Source: a virus
Taxonomy: Duplodnaviria; Caudoviricetes
IMG/VR virus record: IMGVR_UViG_3300025713_000650
Coordinates: 32,001 to 96,000 of that record
Direction: 5' to 3' (one strand)
DNA length: 64,000 nt
Shown: piece by piece, positions 7,426 through 17,880 of the stretch
Layout: each line of letters begins with the position of its first letter
Numbering within the stretch: the first letter of the stretch is position 1
The notes under the pieces: model-generated
Seen by the model: the letters and a program-made list of their open reading frames with translations, nothing else
Told to the model about the DNA's origin: nothing
Databases searched by the model: none
Made by a program: the position numbers and the translations under genes

Positions 7426-9396
7426 ATGTCAAATAATATTTCTGCTGGTGTTTATTCTAAAATTATAGATTTAAGTGAATATGTACAACAAGTACCGGGA
7501 ACAATAGGATATATTAATGCTCTAACTAAAAAGGGAAGAGATAATCAATTGATATTCATAAGTTCAAAAAGTGATTTAATTAAAGAATGGGGTGAACCAA
7601 ATATTACAGATTATGGAAAATATTATGGTCAGGGTTTATATTGTGCCTGTAATTTCTTAAGTGAATCTGGATCATTATTTTTTATGAGATGTCTTCCAGA
7701 TGATGCAACTTATGCAAATATAGTTTTATCTGCTACCAAAAGTGAAGAATTTGATAATCCTACAGTAACTGTATCTTATAATTCTTCTTTTAATTCAATA
7801 TCTGAAATAAAAACATCTCTTGAAAAAACTGATGATAATATTTACCCTTTATGTATTTTCTATCCGGTAGGTAGAGGTGAATATTACAATAATATTGGAA
7901 TAAAGATTACTGCTCATGCAAATCCAATGTTAAATGGAATTTATATTTTAGATATTTATGAAATCCAGTCAGATGGTTCAGAATTAATCGTAGAATCATT
8001 TGAAGTTTCTTTTGATCCAACCGCTATGGATCAATCTGGTGATTCTATCTGGATAGGTTATGTTTTAGAACAATATTCTTCTATTCTTAGAATGGAAATG
8101 TCTTTAACAAATGGTAATTATTCATCTGGATATGATTATCTTGTTAAAACATTTGATAAAAATATTGGAGATATTTCGGTTAATACTACCGATGGAACAG
8201 CTTCAATAATTGATACAAAACAAGATTTTTCTCCTTGGGCTGCCGTAGATTCAACTGCCGAATATATGATTATTGCAAAAGATGGATTCGGAAATAAGAT
8301 TTATGGTTGGCTTGGTGAACCTTCAGAAGAAAATGATTCAATTGGTGTTTATAATTCAAAAAATATATCTACTGGAGAAAATAATTGGTCAGGTGATGTT
8401 GAATTATTTAAAACAGAATCAAACATCACATATGAAGTAAAAAAATCAGATGTTCTTATTTCAACAGTATTTTCAGCATCACCATTACCTCTTAAAAGAG
8501 GTTCTGATGGAAATATAGTTAATGAAGATGGATCATTTAATTCTGAAAATGGAACAGATGTTTTACAAAAAGCTTTTTCTGGTCTTTTAGTCAATCCCAT
8601 AACTGGAAATAAAGAAGATGTAATGTATGATATAGATACTGTTTATTTTAATTTAGTATTTGATTGTGGGTATCCATCAGATGTTAAAACTCAAATTTCA
8701 AATCTTGTAAAAGCAAGAAAAGATTGTGTGGCTATAATTGATAATGGTGATAATTCATCTTTAACTAATTCTATTTCTGCCAGAAATGATCAATCATTTA
8801 ATAATTATCTTTGTGCAATTTATGATATTTATTCAAAAATTAATGACCAATTTACAGGACAGGATATTTGGGTTTCACCAGTTTATCATATGTCTTATAT
8901 TTTACCAAGAAATGATAGAGTTAGTGATTTATGGTATGCTCCTGCTGGATTTAATAGAGCATCAATTGATTCAATTAAAGAACTTAGATATGTACCGAAA
9001 CTTGGCGATAGAGACCAATTATATCTAAAACAAATAAATCCAATTGTAAAATTTGGAACAAATTATGTTGTTTGGAGCCAATTGACAAGTCAAACAAAAG
9101 CATCAGCTCTTCAAGATTTAAATATTACAAGACTTGTTCTTTATATAAAAAGAGCATTAGAAATTTATACTAATAATTATATATTTGAACAAAATGATCA
9201 AATTACATGGTCAGCTACTTCTGATGAAGTTTGTTCATTTTTAGAAGATATTAAACGTAAAAGAGGATTATATTCATATTCAGTTGAAGTTGGTGCAACT
9301 GAATATGAAAGAAAAACAAAGACTTATCATGTTAATGTTATTTTAGAACCAACAAGAACAACCGAAAAGATTCTCTTAAATTTCTATATTAAATAA
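7426..9396 (+). CDS. contractile tail sheath protein
   Basis: SAGVYSKIIDLS N-terminus, WYAPAGFNR, LYLKQINPI, LNITRL..YIKR, FEQND (T4 gp18-like). Confidence 0.95.
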   Translation: MSNNISAGVYSKIIDLSEYVQQVPGTIGYINALTKKGRDNQLIFISSKSDLIKEWGEPNITDYGKYYGQGLYCACNFLSESGSLFFMRCLPDDATYANIVLSATKSEEFDNPTVTVSYNSSFNSISEIKTSLEKTDDNIYPLCIFYPVGRGEYYNNIGIKITAHANPMLNGIYILDIYEIQSDGSELIVESFEVSFDPTAMDQSGDSIWIGYVLEQYSSILRMEMSLTNGNYSSGYDYLVKTFDKNIGDISVNTTDGTASIIDTKQDFSPWAAVDSTAEYMIIAKDGFGNKIYGWLGEPSEENDSIGVYNSKNISTGENNWSGDVELFKTESNITYEVKKSDVLISTVFSASPLPLKRGSDGNIVNEDGSFNSENGTDVLQKAFSGLLVNPITGNKEDVMYDIDTVYFNLVFDCGYPSDVKTQISNLVKARKDCVAIIDNGDNSSLTNSISARNDQSFNNYLCAIYDIYSKINDQFTGQDIWVSPVYHMSYILPRNDRVSDLWYAPAGFNRASIDSIKELRYVPKLGDRDQLYLKQINPIVKFGTNYVVWSQLTSQTKASALQDLNITRLVLYIKRALEIYTNNYIFEQNDQITWSATSDEVCSFLEDIKRKRGLYSYSVEVGATEYERKTKTYHVNVILEPTRTTEKILLNFYIK

Positions 9397-9403
9397 GTTG
9401 ACT

Positions 9404-9447
9404 AAAAAAATGGGAAGGATTAGAATTAATATTCCTTCCCATTTTTT
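9404..9447. terminator. bidirectional rho-independent terminator
   Basis: A7-TGGGAAGGA...TCCTTCCCA-T6 between convergent genes. Confidence 0.85.
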
Positions 9448-9456
9448 ATTTTTTTA

Positions 9457-9561
9457 TTACAAACTCGTTGTATCCAATAAGCTTATGTATATGAATAATC
9501 CCACAAGTATAAGAATACCCTCACCTATTGACTTAATCCGATCTTTAACACTTTTTTTCAT
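9457..9561 (-). CDS. 34-aa single-TM peptide MKKSVKDRIKSIGEGILILVGLFIYISLLDTTSL
   Basis: Below the ORF-track cutoff; AAGGAG RBS, own promoter motif and terminator. Confidence 0.65.
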   Translation of the reverse strand: MKKSVKDRIKSIGEGILILVGLFIYISLLDTTSL

Positions 9562-9633
9562 TTTGAATCTCCTTACGGTTTTTTCTATGCTCCTAAAAAC
9601 TCAAACCGTAATCACATATAATCAATATTATTT

Positions 9634-9654
9634 TGCACTAATTAATATATATAG
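9634..9654 (-). promoter_or_regulatory. phage promoter motif copy 3
   Basis: CTATATATATTAATTAGTGCA. Confidence 0.7.
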
Positions 9655-9751
9655 TAATATGGTTATTTAGATAGGATATTTTGGAAGGAAAAAAGAAAAA
9701 TTAAACAATAGATTTTAAAAAGATTAAATTATAGATTAGAATTATTATTTT

Positions 9752-10873
9752 TTAACAAAATCTATTTCTTATTATTAAACATAAATAAAATGCCATAAAT
9801 GAAGAAATTTGAAATTTTGTTTGATTTGTTAATTCATCATATTTTTCTTTTATAGAATTTGAGGATTGTAAAAGTTTACATACTAATTTAGTAACTTGTT
9901 GTTTAAAATAAATAGGTTTTGAAGTTTTCTTAATTGCCATTAATTTTTGAACAATTCTAAAAAAGTTTGTTGAACATAGATCTTCTTTTTTATTTATTTC
10001 ATTTAGAAATAGTTCTAATATTACTCTAATATCATCAATATATTTAATATCATTTATTGATTTAACTAAAAATTCACAAATAAGATAATTAACTTTAGTT
10101 AAACTTCTTGCTGAATTAAATGCTTTTTGATCTACTTTTTTGAAAATTGTAATTTCTTTAGAAACAGCAATTGCAATTTTTTGTTTTGAAGATCCTAATG
10201 TTTTAGATTCTAGATCAATGTCATATTCTTCAATATCTTTAAAACCTCCTCCAGCTTCAGAAATTTTGAAATATGTTTGTGCAAAACTTCTAACACTCTG
10301 AGCAATTTTATTTCTTATATCATATACACATTTTGATATTTTCTCAGGATTATCAAATTCCTTTAAAATTTTATTAAATTTATTAATTGCAAAATTAGAA
10401 AGATAATAAATAGCATTTGATATTGTTTTTTCTCTTACAAATAAATGATTTTTTGATAAACTATCTAATGCTAATCTGAATACATTAGGATCACAATAAA
10501 CTCTTAAATGAACTCTTAATCTACTTGAATAAAATTTAATATTTAGATATGTCATTGTTGCTAATGCAGAATGTTTATCATTTTTCTTTAAGAAATAATA
10601 TATGATAAATAATAAAATATTTGTTCCATTATCCCTTAGAATAAGTTCTTTAGATAATTTGGCCGGGTAAAATTCTTTTATAAATTTACTAATATCAGTA
10701 TTTTTTAAACCTGTTAGATATAATAATTCAGTGTATTCTTTTTTAAATGGAGGAAAATAACAAGGTTTAGATAATTCCATTAACTCATTTGCGGTTTTTG
10801 TACTAACCCATTTTTTTAATTCTTTATGTTTAACATTTGATTTATCATATAAAAAATCTATAGTTAATGACAT
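9752..10873 (-). CDS. hypothetical protein (end of baseplate operon)
   Basis: 373-aa ORF, no recognised motif. Confidence 0.75.
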   Translation of the reverse strand: MSLTIDFLYDKSNVKHKELKKWVSTKTANELMELSKPCYFPPFKKEYTELLYLTGLKNTDISKFIKEFYPAKLSKELILRDNGTNILLFIIYYFLKKNDKHSALATMTYLNIKFYSSRLRVHLRVYCDPNVFRLALDSLSKNHLFVREKTISNAIYYLSNFAINKFNKILKEFDNPEKISKCVYDIRNKIAQSVRSFAQTYFKISEAGGGFKDIEEYDIDLESKTLGSSKQKIAIAVSKEITIFKKVDQKAFNSARSLTKVNYLICEFLVKSINDIKYIDDIRVILELFLNEINKKEDLCSTNFFRIVQKLMAIKKTSKPIYFKQQVTKLVCKLLQSSNSIKEKYDELTNQTKFQISSFMAFYLCLIIRNRFC

Positions 10874-10885
10874 ATTTTAGATTCC

Positions 10886-13342
10886 TTAAAAAATATTAAT
10901 ATTTATACTATCTCTTGTAAAATGAACAAGCTGTGGTGAATATTCAAATAATTCTTCCTGTATAAAAGTATCTATATCATAATCAAAGAATATATTAGAT
11001 TTTGGATGAATTAAATTACAATGAGATACCCCATCAATACTCTGAACAGTTTTTATTATTCTAGATCTATATAAATTGGTATTATTTCCAAATGTTTCAT
11101 AAAAAGTTTCTATAAGTGTATCTTTTATGGTATTTATTAAATCTACTTTATTTCCAGTATAAGATTGATCTGTAAAAACATCCAATTGGAGTTTAACAGG
11201 AATATCATAGATTGGTTGAACCCATTCAGTACCTGTGAAAATATATTTATAATTTTTATTTTCAACAAAAATCATATCATCTGTAGATACATCCATATAA
11301 ATCCAATTTGATCCGGTATATTGACAAATTTTATTTCTATGTTCCGAAAATTCTCCTGTTGGATTTTTATCAATAATATATCTATCTCCAGAAACAGGTA
11401 AATCTGGTGGTGAAGAAATAATATCAATAACAGGTAACGAACTAACATTATTAAATCTCATATTATCTAATTTACCACAAGTTGTAGTAAATTTTATATT
11501 AGTAAAATCTGTCAACATTCTAAAATTTTCTAATTCTAAATTTATAATATTTTGAAAACACGATAATTCAAAAAATTTTTTATCTTCTATTTCATTATAA
11601 TATTCTTTTTTAATTAGAGGTACATCATAAATAATTGTTGATGTTGAATCACAAATAACATTAGACATCATAATTGATTTTAATGGTTTTCTAAATGTTA
11701 ATGATGTTGAGAATGTAGAAATATCTCCAATTTCTGGGTTTGAGATTGTAAAATAAATATTCACATTATCTTTTGGAAAAGTAGTATAAGGAGTAAATTC
11801 ATAATAAAAACATTTATTGATTGGATCATTTGTCATTTCTGCAACTTTACCATTTTGAAGGATTCTTAATGAACATTCAGCATATTCATCTTCACCATTA
11901 TATGTCAATTCAAATCTTCCAGAATTTTCAGTTTTCTTAACATTTAAGTCTACTATTGTAATTCCTTCATATTCTGAATTATATGTATAATTTAAAATAG
12001 GTACTAAAGAAACTTCATTAATAATATATGAATAATTTGCTGAAGAATTAATTCTATCTATTTCTAAATCAAAAAATGTATAAAATTCTTCATCATTAAT
12101 TGTTATTTCTGTTAATTTAGGAATGTAATCTGTACTATCATTTAATTCTATTTTTCCATTTCTCATAGGAATAAATTCATCATTAAAATTTATAGTTGTG
12201 AATAATTGAATTTCATTACATTTTAAATCAGATCTTTTTAATATTGGTAATGAATTCTTGCCAAAAATATTATTTTTAAGAATCGTATTCATATTAATAT
12301 AATCAGTTTCAGATACAAGTCTTGACATTGAAACTAAATTATTGATTGCATTATTTCTTATTTCATTTATATCTTCTTCATTTTCACCATTTAATGCTGG
12401 AGAAGGATTTATACAAGAATAATCAACAAGTTTTACCTCATTATTTTCATTTGTCAAATAAATTCTATTACCTTTATTTATAGATCCTGCTATTATATTC
12501 CCATCGGAACCTAATGTTGTATAAATTGTTACATTAATTTTTGAACCCGGTTCTGGTTGGAAACCCATTAATCCATTTCCAAAGTATAATTTTAAACCAT
12601 TAGATGTTCTTTTGGAAATATAACCATATTGTGTATTATTCATTAGATATAGACTATTAAATTTTTCATATGTTACTGAAAATCCATTTGGAGAAACAAC
12701 AGAAACCTCAACACTAGATGGTTGACCTTCAAATGCAACATCAAATTCTAAAAATTGAAATGCTTGTAGATCTGAATCAACTTGAAATTCCTGTTCAATT
12801 ATTTTATATTGTCTAACAGGAAGTAAAAATGAAAATTCAGAACCTTCGGAATTAATATAAACAGGTAAATCATAAATTTTATTTCCTGTTTGTAAACTAA
12901 CTTTAGAATTTATGTTATCTATAACTGAAATATTTACAGAATAATATGTATTAAATTCAATTTCTCCTGCATAAAATTTAAAATCATTAGGAATTGTAAA
13001 TGAAACATTATTTGATTCAAATTGTAAAGGAATTGTTATAAGAACATCACAAGTTGAATATTTTGCAGATCTTGATGAATAACCCAAAAACGCTGATAAA
13101 TTTAAAACAGATTCATTTAATTGAGCCTTTGTCATAAAAAATTCTTTATAAACAGAGGTTGCATAAAATAAAATATTTGAAGTAAAAGTTGACATATTAT
13201 CAATAAAGTATGATAAGAATGAACTTTTAGTCAAATCAACTTGTTGTAAATCACCATAATATTTCAACATTTCAATCATAAATAATCTAATTTTATCTCT
13301 AGATAAAAATATATCCGAACTTGTTGATGTAATATTATTCAT
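10886..13342 (-). CDS. baseplate wedge protein (T4 gp6-like) with DUF2793-like insert
   Basis: TKAQLNESVLNLSAFLGY, LYFGNG..G..P, TLGSDGNI, GENEEDINEIR..A, RLVSETDY; PP..PVSGDRYII. Confidence 0.85.
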   Translation of the reverse strand: MNNITSTSSDIFLSRDKIRLFMIEMLKYYGDLQQVDLTKSSFLSYFIDNMSTFTSNILFYATSVYKEFFMTKAQLNESVLNLSAFLGYSSRSAKYSTCDVLITIPLQFESNNVSFTIPNDFKFYAGEIEFNTYYSVNISVIDNINSKVSLQTGNKIYDLPVYINSEGSEFSFLLPVRQYKIIEQEFQVDSDLQAFQFLEFDVAFEGQPSSVEVSVVSPNGFSVTYEKFNSLYLMNNTQYGYISKRTSNGLKLYFGNGLMGFQPEPGSKINVTIYTTLGSDGNIIAGSINKGNRIYLTNENNEVKLVDYSCINPSPALNGENEEDINEIRNNAINNLVSMSRLVSETDYINMNTILKNNIFGKNSLPILKRSDLKCNEIQLFTTINFNDEFIPMRNGKIELNDSTDYIPKLTEITINDEEFYTFFDLEIDRINSSANYSYIINEVSLVPILNYTYNSEYEGITIVDLNVKKTENSGRFELTYNGEDEYAECSLRILQNGKVAEMTNDPINKCFYYEFTPYTTFPKDNVNIYFTISNPEIGDISTFSTSLTFRKPLKSIMMSNVICDSTSTIIYDVPLIKKEYYNEIEDKKFFELSCFQNIINLELENFRMLTDFTNIKFTTTCGKLDNMRFNNVSSLPVIDIISSPPDLPVSGDRYIIDKNPTGEFSEHRNKICQYTGSNWIYMDVSTDDMIFVENKNYKYIFTGTEWVQPIYDIPVKLQLDVFTDQSYTGNKVDLINTIKDTLIETFYETFGNNTNLYRSRIIKTVQSIDGVSHCNLIHPKSNIFFDYDIDTFIQEELFEYSPQLVHFTRDSININIF

Positions 13343-13356
13343 TCTGAACTCCTAAA

Positions 13357-14007
13357 CTATATAAAATAAAATCCACTATTGTTATCAAAAAGAGGATTTG
13401 ATTTATTTTTTAAAATTTCATTTTTTTTAAGCAATCTACTTAAAAAAAGAGAATTATCTAGGGTATGAATATTTTTATCATATTCAAAAAACATAAATGT
13501 TTCTTCTAGTTGATCTTGAATATGAGTTTCATTTCTACTCTGTTCTACAACACATGTTAAATGCCAAAATGTTTTATCATAAGGAGATTGCTTTTTTATT
13601 CCTGAAATTGAATACAAATTACCTTTATTTTTATTTTCATTATTTAATAGATATGTATCATCAAGTTTAACCAAATCATTTTGATATGGAATTATTCCAT
13701 ATGAACCAGGAATTACAAATTCAAATGTTTGATCTGCTATATATCCAGTTTCTTGAGCATCAAAAATTGTATCAATATCACCCAAAAAGAAAATAGGTAA
13801 CAATAAATATTTATTCCATTTTATTCCAGATAGATTTCCAATTTTTTCATAAGAACCACTGAAAATAGTGTCATTATCCCATACTGTTGTTTCTTTATTA
13901 ATATTATAATAAGTTGATAAAAATGCTACACCATCTTTACTATAAATATCATATAATAAAAACCAATATTCCTGTATATAATCATAAATTCTCTTATAAT
14001 TTTGCAT
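13357..14007 (-). CDS. hypothetical, probably structural
   Basis: 216-aa ORF in the baseplate operon. Confidence 0.65.
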   Translation of the reverse strand: MQNYKRIYDYIQEYWFLLYDIYSKDGVAFLSTYYNINKETTVWDNDTIFSGSYEKIGNLSGIKWNKYLLLPIFFLGDIDTIFDAQETGYIADQTFEFVIPGSYGIIPYQNDLVKLDDTYLLNNENKNKGNLYSISGIKKQSPYDKTFWHLTCVVEQSRNETHIQDQLEETFMFFEYDKNIHTLDNSLFLSRLLKKNEILKNKSNPLFDNNSGFYFI

Positions 14008-14010
14008 TAA

Positions 14011-14466
14011 TTAATCTAGTCCTACTTTTTTATTATATTTTTCAACAGCTTGTTGATAAACTAATCTCCATTTAATAACTTGTTTTTCTAATCTCTGTAG
14101 ACATTTTTCTGGATTTGCTGCATGTTCACACATTTTCATATTTTGAATTATTTTTTCAACTACTTTTTTTGCAGCCATGGCTCTACAATAATGAAACTCC
14201 ATTGCTCTTTTTCTACCAAATTTTTCTTTTTTTGATTTTTCTCTACATTCCTTATTTAAATATGAAAACAAAAGACTTGACATTGCAGAAGGTTTAAGAA
14301 TAAAATCATTTATTGCTTCATTGAGATAAATACTTATAATTTTGTCATCAGATTGTTTTTGTATATATTCAACAACTCTTTCAAAATTTTTAAAATCTAA
14401 TTTTTTTATAGATTCATTAATAATAGATTCTTTTATTCTTTTTGATATTTTATTTTTTGATTTCAT
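14011..14466 (-). CDS. hypothetical protein
   Basis: Translationally coupled ORF, Cys-containing helical C-terminus. Confidence 0.65.
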   Translation of the reverse strand: MKSKNKISKRIKESIINESIKKLDFKNFERVVEYIQKQSDDKIISIYLNEAINDFILKPSAMSSLLFSYLNKECREKSKKEKFGRKRAMEFHYCRAMAAKKVVEKIIQNMKMCEHAANPEKCLQRLEKQVIKWRLVYQQAVEKYNKKVGLD

Positions 14467-14999
14467 TATTTTATTGCCTCTTTTTGATACTTATATAATA
14501 ATTTTGTAAATTGATCTTTAGAAACATTCCTTTCAACATTTTTTTTACTTAAAGTAAATTCATCAGAAGAAAAATTTAAGAATCCAACCAATTTATAAAT
14601 TTTTTTAGTTAATGTACTATATTCAGGTAAATGAAAAATTTCTAAACTTGATTTAATAAAAGATCCTTTATTAAAAATTTTAATTTTTGAATTATAATAT
14701 ATACAATCTAATTCTTCAACAATTTTAAATCTACCTTTAAATAATTTTACTTGATGATAAATAATATCATTAACTATATCAGAGGGTACAATTGAAAGTA
14801 ATGTACAAGCATAATCTTTAATATACTTATGTTTATTTAATGGTTTATCATTATCATCTAACATTTCTCCAATAAGACCAAAATAACCATATGTATCATT
14901 TCCTAAAGGTATAAAAAATAAATGGGTATTTCCTAAAAATTTCTTTTTAAAAATCCCTTTACTATTTTTTAAGATACAATAATAAAATTTATCTTTCAT
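14466..14999 (-). CDS. hypothetical protein
   Basis: 177-aa ORF. Confidence 0.65.
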   Translation of the reverse strand: MKDKFYYCILKNSKGIFKKKFLGNTHLFFIPLGNDTYGYFGLIGEMLDDNDKPLNKHKYIKDYACTLLSIVPSDIVNDIIYHQVKLFKGRFKIVEELDCIYYNSKIKIFNKGSFIKSSLEIFHLPEYSTLTKKIYKLVGFLNFSSDEFTLSKKNVERNVSKDQFTKLLYKYQKEAIK

Positions 15000-15050
15000 T
15001 TAAAAAATTTCCTGTAAAATAAATAATTGTAAATTTTTAAGCTAATCTTT

Positions 15051-15455
15051 TTATTTAAATACATTTACTTTTAAACCTGCTTTTTCACCTTTATATGACG
15101 CAACAATATCAACAACAAACCCTTTTTCATTTTTTAAAAAATCTACATCTATACTTTCAATTTTAGCTCGATTATCAAATTGTGTTAAAATATCTCTTAT
15201 GGCTTCACCTATCTGTTGTCTAGTGTCTTCGTCAAAAGGTTCAAATAAAAAATCTTCAATATAACTTGATGTTTCTGGATCATGATCTTTGGTTCTTCTT
15301 CTAATTCTTAAAAGATTTTTCCATGAATTAATTATAACATCAATCCCTGTAATTTTTTTAAAGTCCCCCGAAGGTGAAATTTCATTTGTATAATCAACAA
15401 GTGTATCATTTGAACCTATAAGATCTTTATTAAATTTTTTTAAAATTCCTGACAT
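15051..15455 (-). CDS. baseplate wedge / sheath initiator (GPW/gp25-like)
   Basis: I.NS..NLL, DFLFEPFD, I...L..FD.R..I..IDV pattern. Confidence 0.85.
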   Translation of the reverse strand: MSGILKKFNKDLIGSNDTLVDYTNEISPSGDFKKITGIDVIINSWKNLLRIRRRTKDHDPETSSYIEDFLFEPFDEDTRQQIGEAIRDILTQFDNRAKIESIDVDFLKNEKGFVVDIVASYKGEKAGLKVNVFK

Positions 15456-15583
15456 TAAGAAGCCTCATTTTTTAAAATTTTAGCTTTTTCATTTTCTACA
15501 TCAGATTTCCATTTAATATAATCATGAAAAATTTTAACTGGCATTTCAATAATATTCTGATATTGTTGTTTACCTAATTCCAT
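15455..15583 (-). CDS. baseplate hub assembly protein (T4 gp51-like), probably expressed as a frameshift extension of the upstream gene
   Basis: Not in the track. ENIFCC-MELGKQQYQNIIEMPVKIFHDYIKWK; TAATG coupling to the gp25-like gene; frame open back to 15667. Confidence 0.7.
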   Translation of the reverse strand: MELGKQQYQNIIEMPVKIFHDYIKWKSDVENEKAKILKNEAS

Positions 15584-15632
15584 ACAACAAAAAATATTTT
15601 CATGTAATTCTTTTCTAAATTGATTTATTTGA

Positions 15633-16418
15633 TTATATTGAGTGCACCATACGAAAAAAGTTTTCCACTAAATCAATATTAATAATTTCTTCATTACTAC
15701 AATGTATGCAAGTTCCCTTCATTTTTAATTCAATACCATATTTACCAAAAGTTTTTTCATATTCTTCAAATATGATTCTCTTATCTTTTGAAGGTAATGA
15801 TCTATATGCATAAATAATATCATCTCTTGAATCATAAACAATTGAATCATTTGATTCATTACTTTCTTGAATAAATTTAGTAATAATTAATGTTTCAAAA
15901 ACAGTTTCTAATGTAAATTCAGGAGATGCTAAAGATTTTATTGCCTTCTGTTCATCTTCTAATGTCGGTTGTTTTAAAATTACAGAAACACCGGTTGCAA
16001 CCTTTAAAGGAATAGTTAGTGTTTTTGTAAGTATATTATCTTCTGGATAAGGATAATAATTAAATGTATCAGATGCATTGATTGTTACTTCATACTTTTT
16101 TTCACATCTTGAACATCTAATACTATAATCTCTTATCTCATCATATGTAATATGATAAAGACCATATAAAAGACAATCTCTATCTTTAACTGTTGTATTT
16201 TTTAGAAAACTATTAAAATCTGTAATATGATCAGGTTTTGAAACTATGCACTCATAAATACATTTATTTAGATGATCTGTAATCTTAGATGCAGTCATCA
16301 TACTGCCTTTTAATCTTTCTTCTTCTTGAACTGTTAATGTTCTTAATGTAAATGAATCATGAGTATGAGGAGTTATAACCTCATACTCGGGTAATTTATA
16401 ATTAAAACCTTTAAACAT
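15633..16418 (-). CDS. baseplate hub assembly chaperone (T4 gp26-like)
   Basis: LPEYEV..P, LRTLTVQEE, two CxxC pairs, ends ENFF. Confidence 0.8.
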   Translation of the reverse strand: MFKGFNYKLPEYEVITPHTHDSFTLRTLTVQEEERLKGSMMTASKITDHLNKCIYECIVSKPDHITDFNSFLKNTTVKDRDCLLYGLYHITYDEIRDYSIRCSRCEKKYEVTINASDTFNYYPYPEDNILTKTLTIPLKVATGVSVILKQPTLEDEQKAIKSLASPEFTLETVFETLIITKFIQESNESNDSIVYDSRDDIIYAYRSLPSKDKRIIFEEYEKTFGKYGIELKMKGTCIHCSNEEIINIDLVENFFRMVHSI

Positions 16419-16485
16419 GTTTATCTCCTTTCTATTTTAGATATTCGTTTTTAAAATGTATAAGAATTCTTGAAGTTTACAAAAA

Positions 16486-17202
16486 TTAAGAAACAGGTCT
16501 ATAATTTTCAACTGTTTCTTTACTTTTTCTAAGAGAACTAATTAGATTTTTACATCTTTCTTTAACCCAAGGTTCATGCCAAGTATAATCTACGTTAAAT
16601 TCAATTTCAATATCTAATCTACCAACAGATTCAACATCACTTCCCATCATATCTTGAGGATCTCTTGTTGGAAAAACACCATCATAACATGCATAATATT
16701 GAATTGTTTCAGCATCAGGTGCCGTTGTAAAATATAACATAGTCCCAGCATATGCTTTTTTAGAATATCCTTCGCCTGAATCACCAGCAACTAGACTTGA
16801 AACACCGGTTCTATAATCTCTTATCATCTTAACCCATCCATGCATAATATCAAAGATAGGTGTATTCATAAATTCTAAGAATTTTACAGAAACAGAGTTT
16901 CCATAATCAATATTTCCAGGAACTGACCATCTGATCCCACCTAAACCTGTGAACTCAATTTTATTTAATGTTCCTCCTGGGGGTGTTACACTTAAACAAG
17001 ATGCTGCTAAAATGTTTTTGACTTCTTCTTCAGTAGATATACCACTATTCATATTTACAGTATAATCTATTAATTTAGGTGGAACTTTAGTAAACCAGAT
17101 AAAATGCGTACCTGTAACATATGGTTCGGCAATACCAACAGAAGTTCCGCCAAACTTTCTTGTTAAAATGTTATTATTAAGTTCGGCAAAAGAAAATTTC
17201 AT
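16486..17202 (-). CDS. tail tube protein (T4 gp19-like)
   Basis: SVTPPG, PG.IDY, V.F.E, W, Y.GVFP, IEF.VD pattern; strong AGGAGG RBS. Confidence 0.75.
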   Translation of the reverse strand: MKFSFAELNNNILTRKFGGTSVGIAEPYVTGTHFIWFTKVPPKLIDYTVNMNSGISTEEEVKNILAASCLSVTPPGGTLNKIEFTGLGGIRWSVPGNIDYGNSVSVKFLEFMNTPIFDIMHGWVKMIRDYRTGVSSLVAGDSGEGYSKKAYAGTMLYFTTAPDAETIQYYACYDGVFPTRDPQDMMGSDVESVGRLDIEIEFNVDYTWHEPWVKERCKNLISSLRKSKETVENYRPVS

Positions 17203-17297
17203 AATTTTATTTCCTCCTAAAAATCACTCTCTATAATAAATAAAGTTTATAATTTTTTTAATTTGTTCTAATTAAAAATTAAGAATATCAAATTTTT

Positions 17298-17816
17298 TTA
17301 ATTTTCTATTTTTTTTAAAAATTTTTTCATTATAAATAATGTTTTTATCCAGTTATCAAATTGAATAGCCATATCATCAATATAAGCAACTGCGGGTATT
17401 TTTATGCATGTAATATCATCATAATAAATATTATGTTTCTTTAAATATTTTTCAATATCTATTTTAGATTGTCTTGTTTTTTCTTCATCACCATTATTTG
17501 CTTCTAAACTTAACCTTGCTGTAAAAATAACAATTCTAAAATATTTACTTAAAATATCAATTGCTTTTTTTACACCATTCGTAGGTACATCATAAATAGT
17601 CCCATCATTAAATCCTTTAGAATATTTATGAATGGGACCATCAAAATCAATTAAAATATTTAATTTTCTTTCGGGTTTTTCATTTGATTCTTCTAATTCT
17701 TCTTTTTCCTTTTTATCTGTAATTTCATTGCCTCCTGGAAAACTATCTATTGCAAAAACTGATTCTAATTCACCATTTAATTTTTTTTCTAAAAGTTTAA
17801 ATATTTCTTTTTTCAT
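17298..17816 (-). CDS. HAD-superfamily phosphatase / nucleotidase-like
   Basis: IDFDG motif I, IFTAR motif II, K.PA..YIDD motifs III/IV. Confidence 0.85.
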   Translation of the reverse strand: MKKEIFKLLEKKLNGELESVFAIDSFPGGNEITDKKEKEELEESNEKPERKLNILIDFDGPIHKYSKGFNDGTIYDVPTNGVKKAIDILSKYFRIVIFTARLSLEANNGDEEKTRQSKIDIEKYLKKHNIYYDDITCIKIPAVAYIDDMAIQFDNWIKTLFIMKKFLKKIEN

Positions 17817-17880
17817 TTTGGCTCCTTTGTTTTTTGTTCTAAAATAAGTATATTCTTGACAAAAAAAAATTATTAAATTA

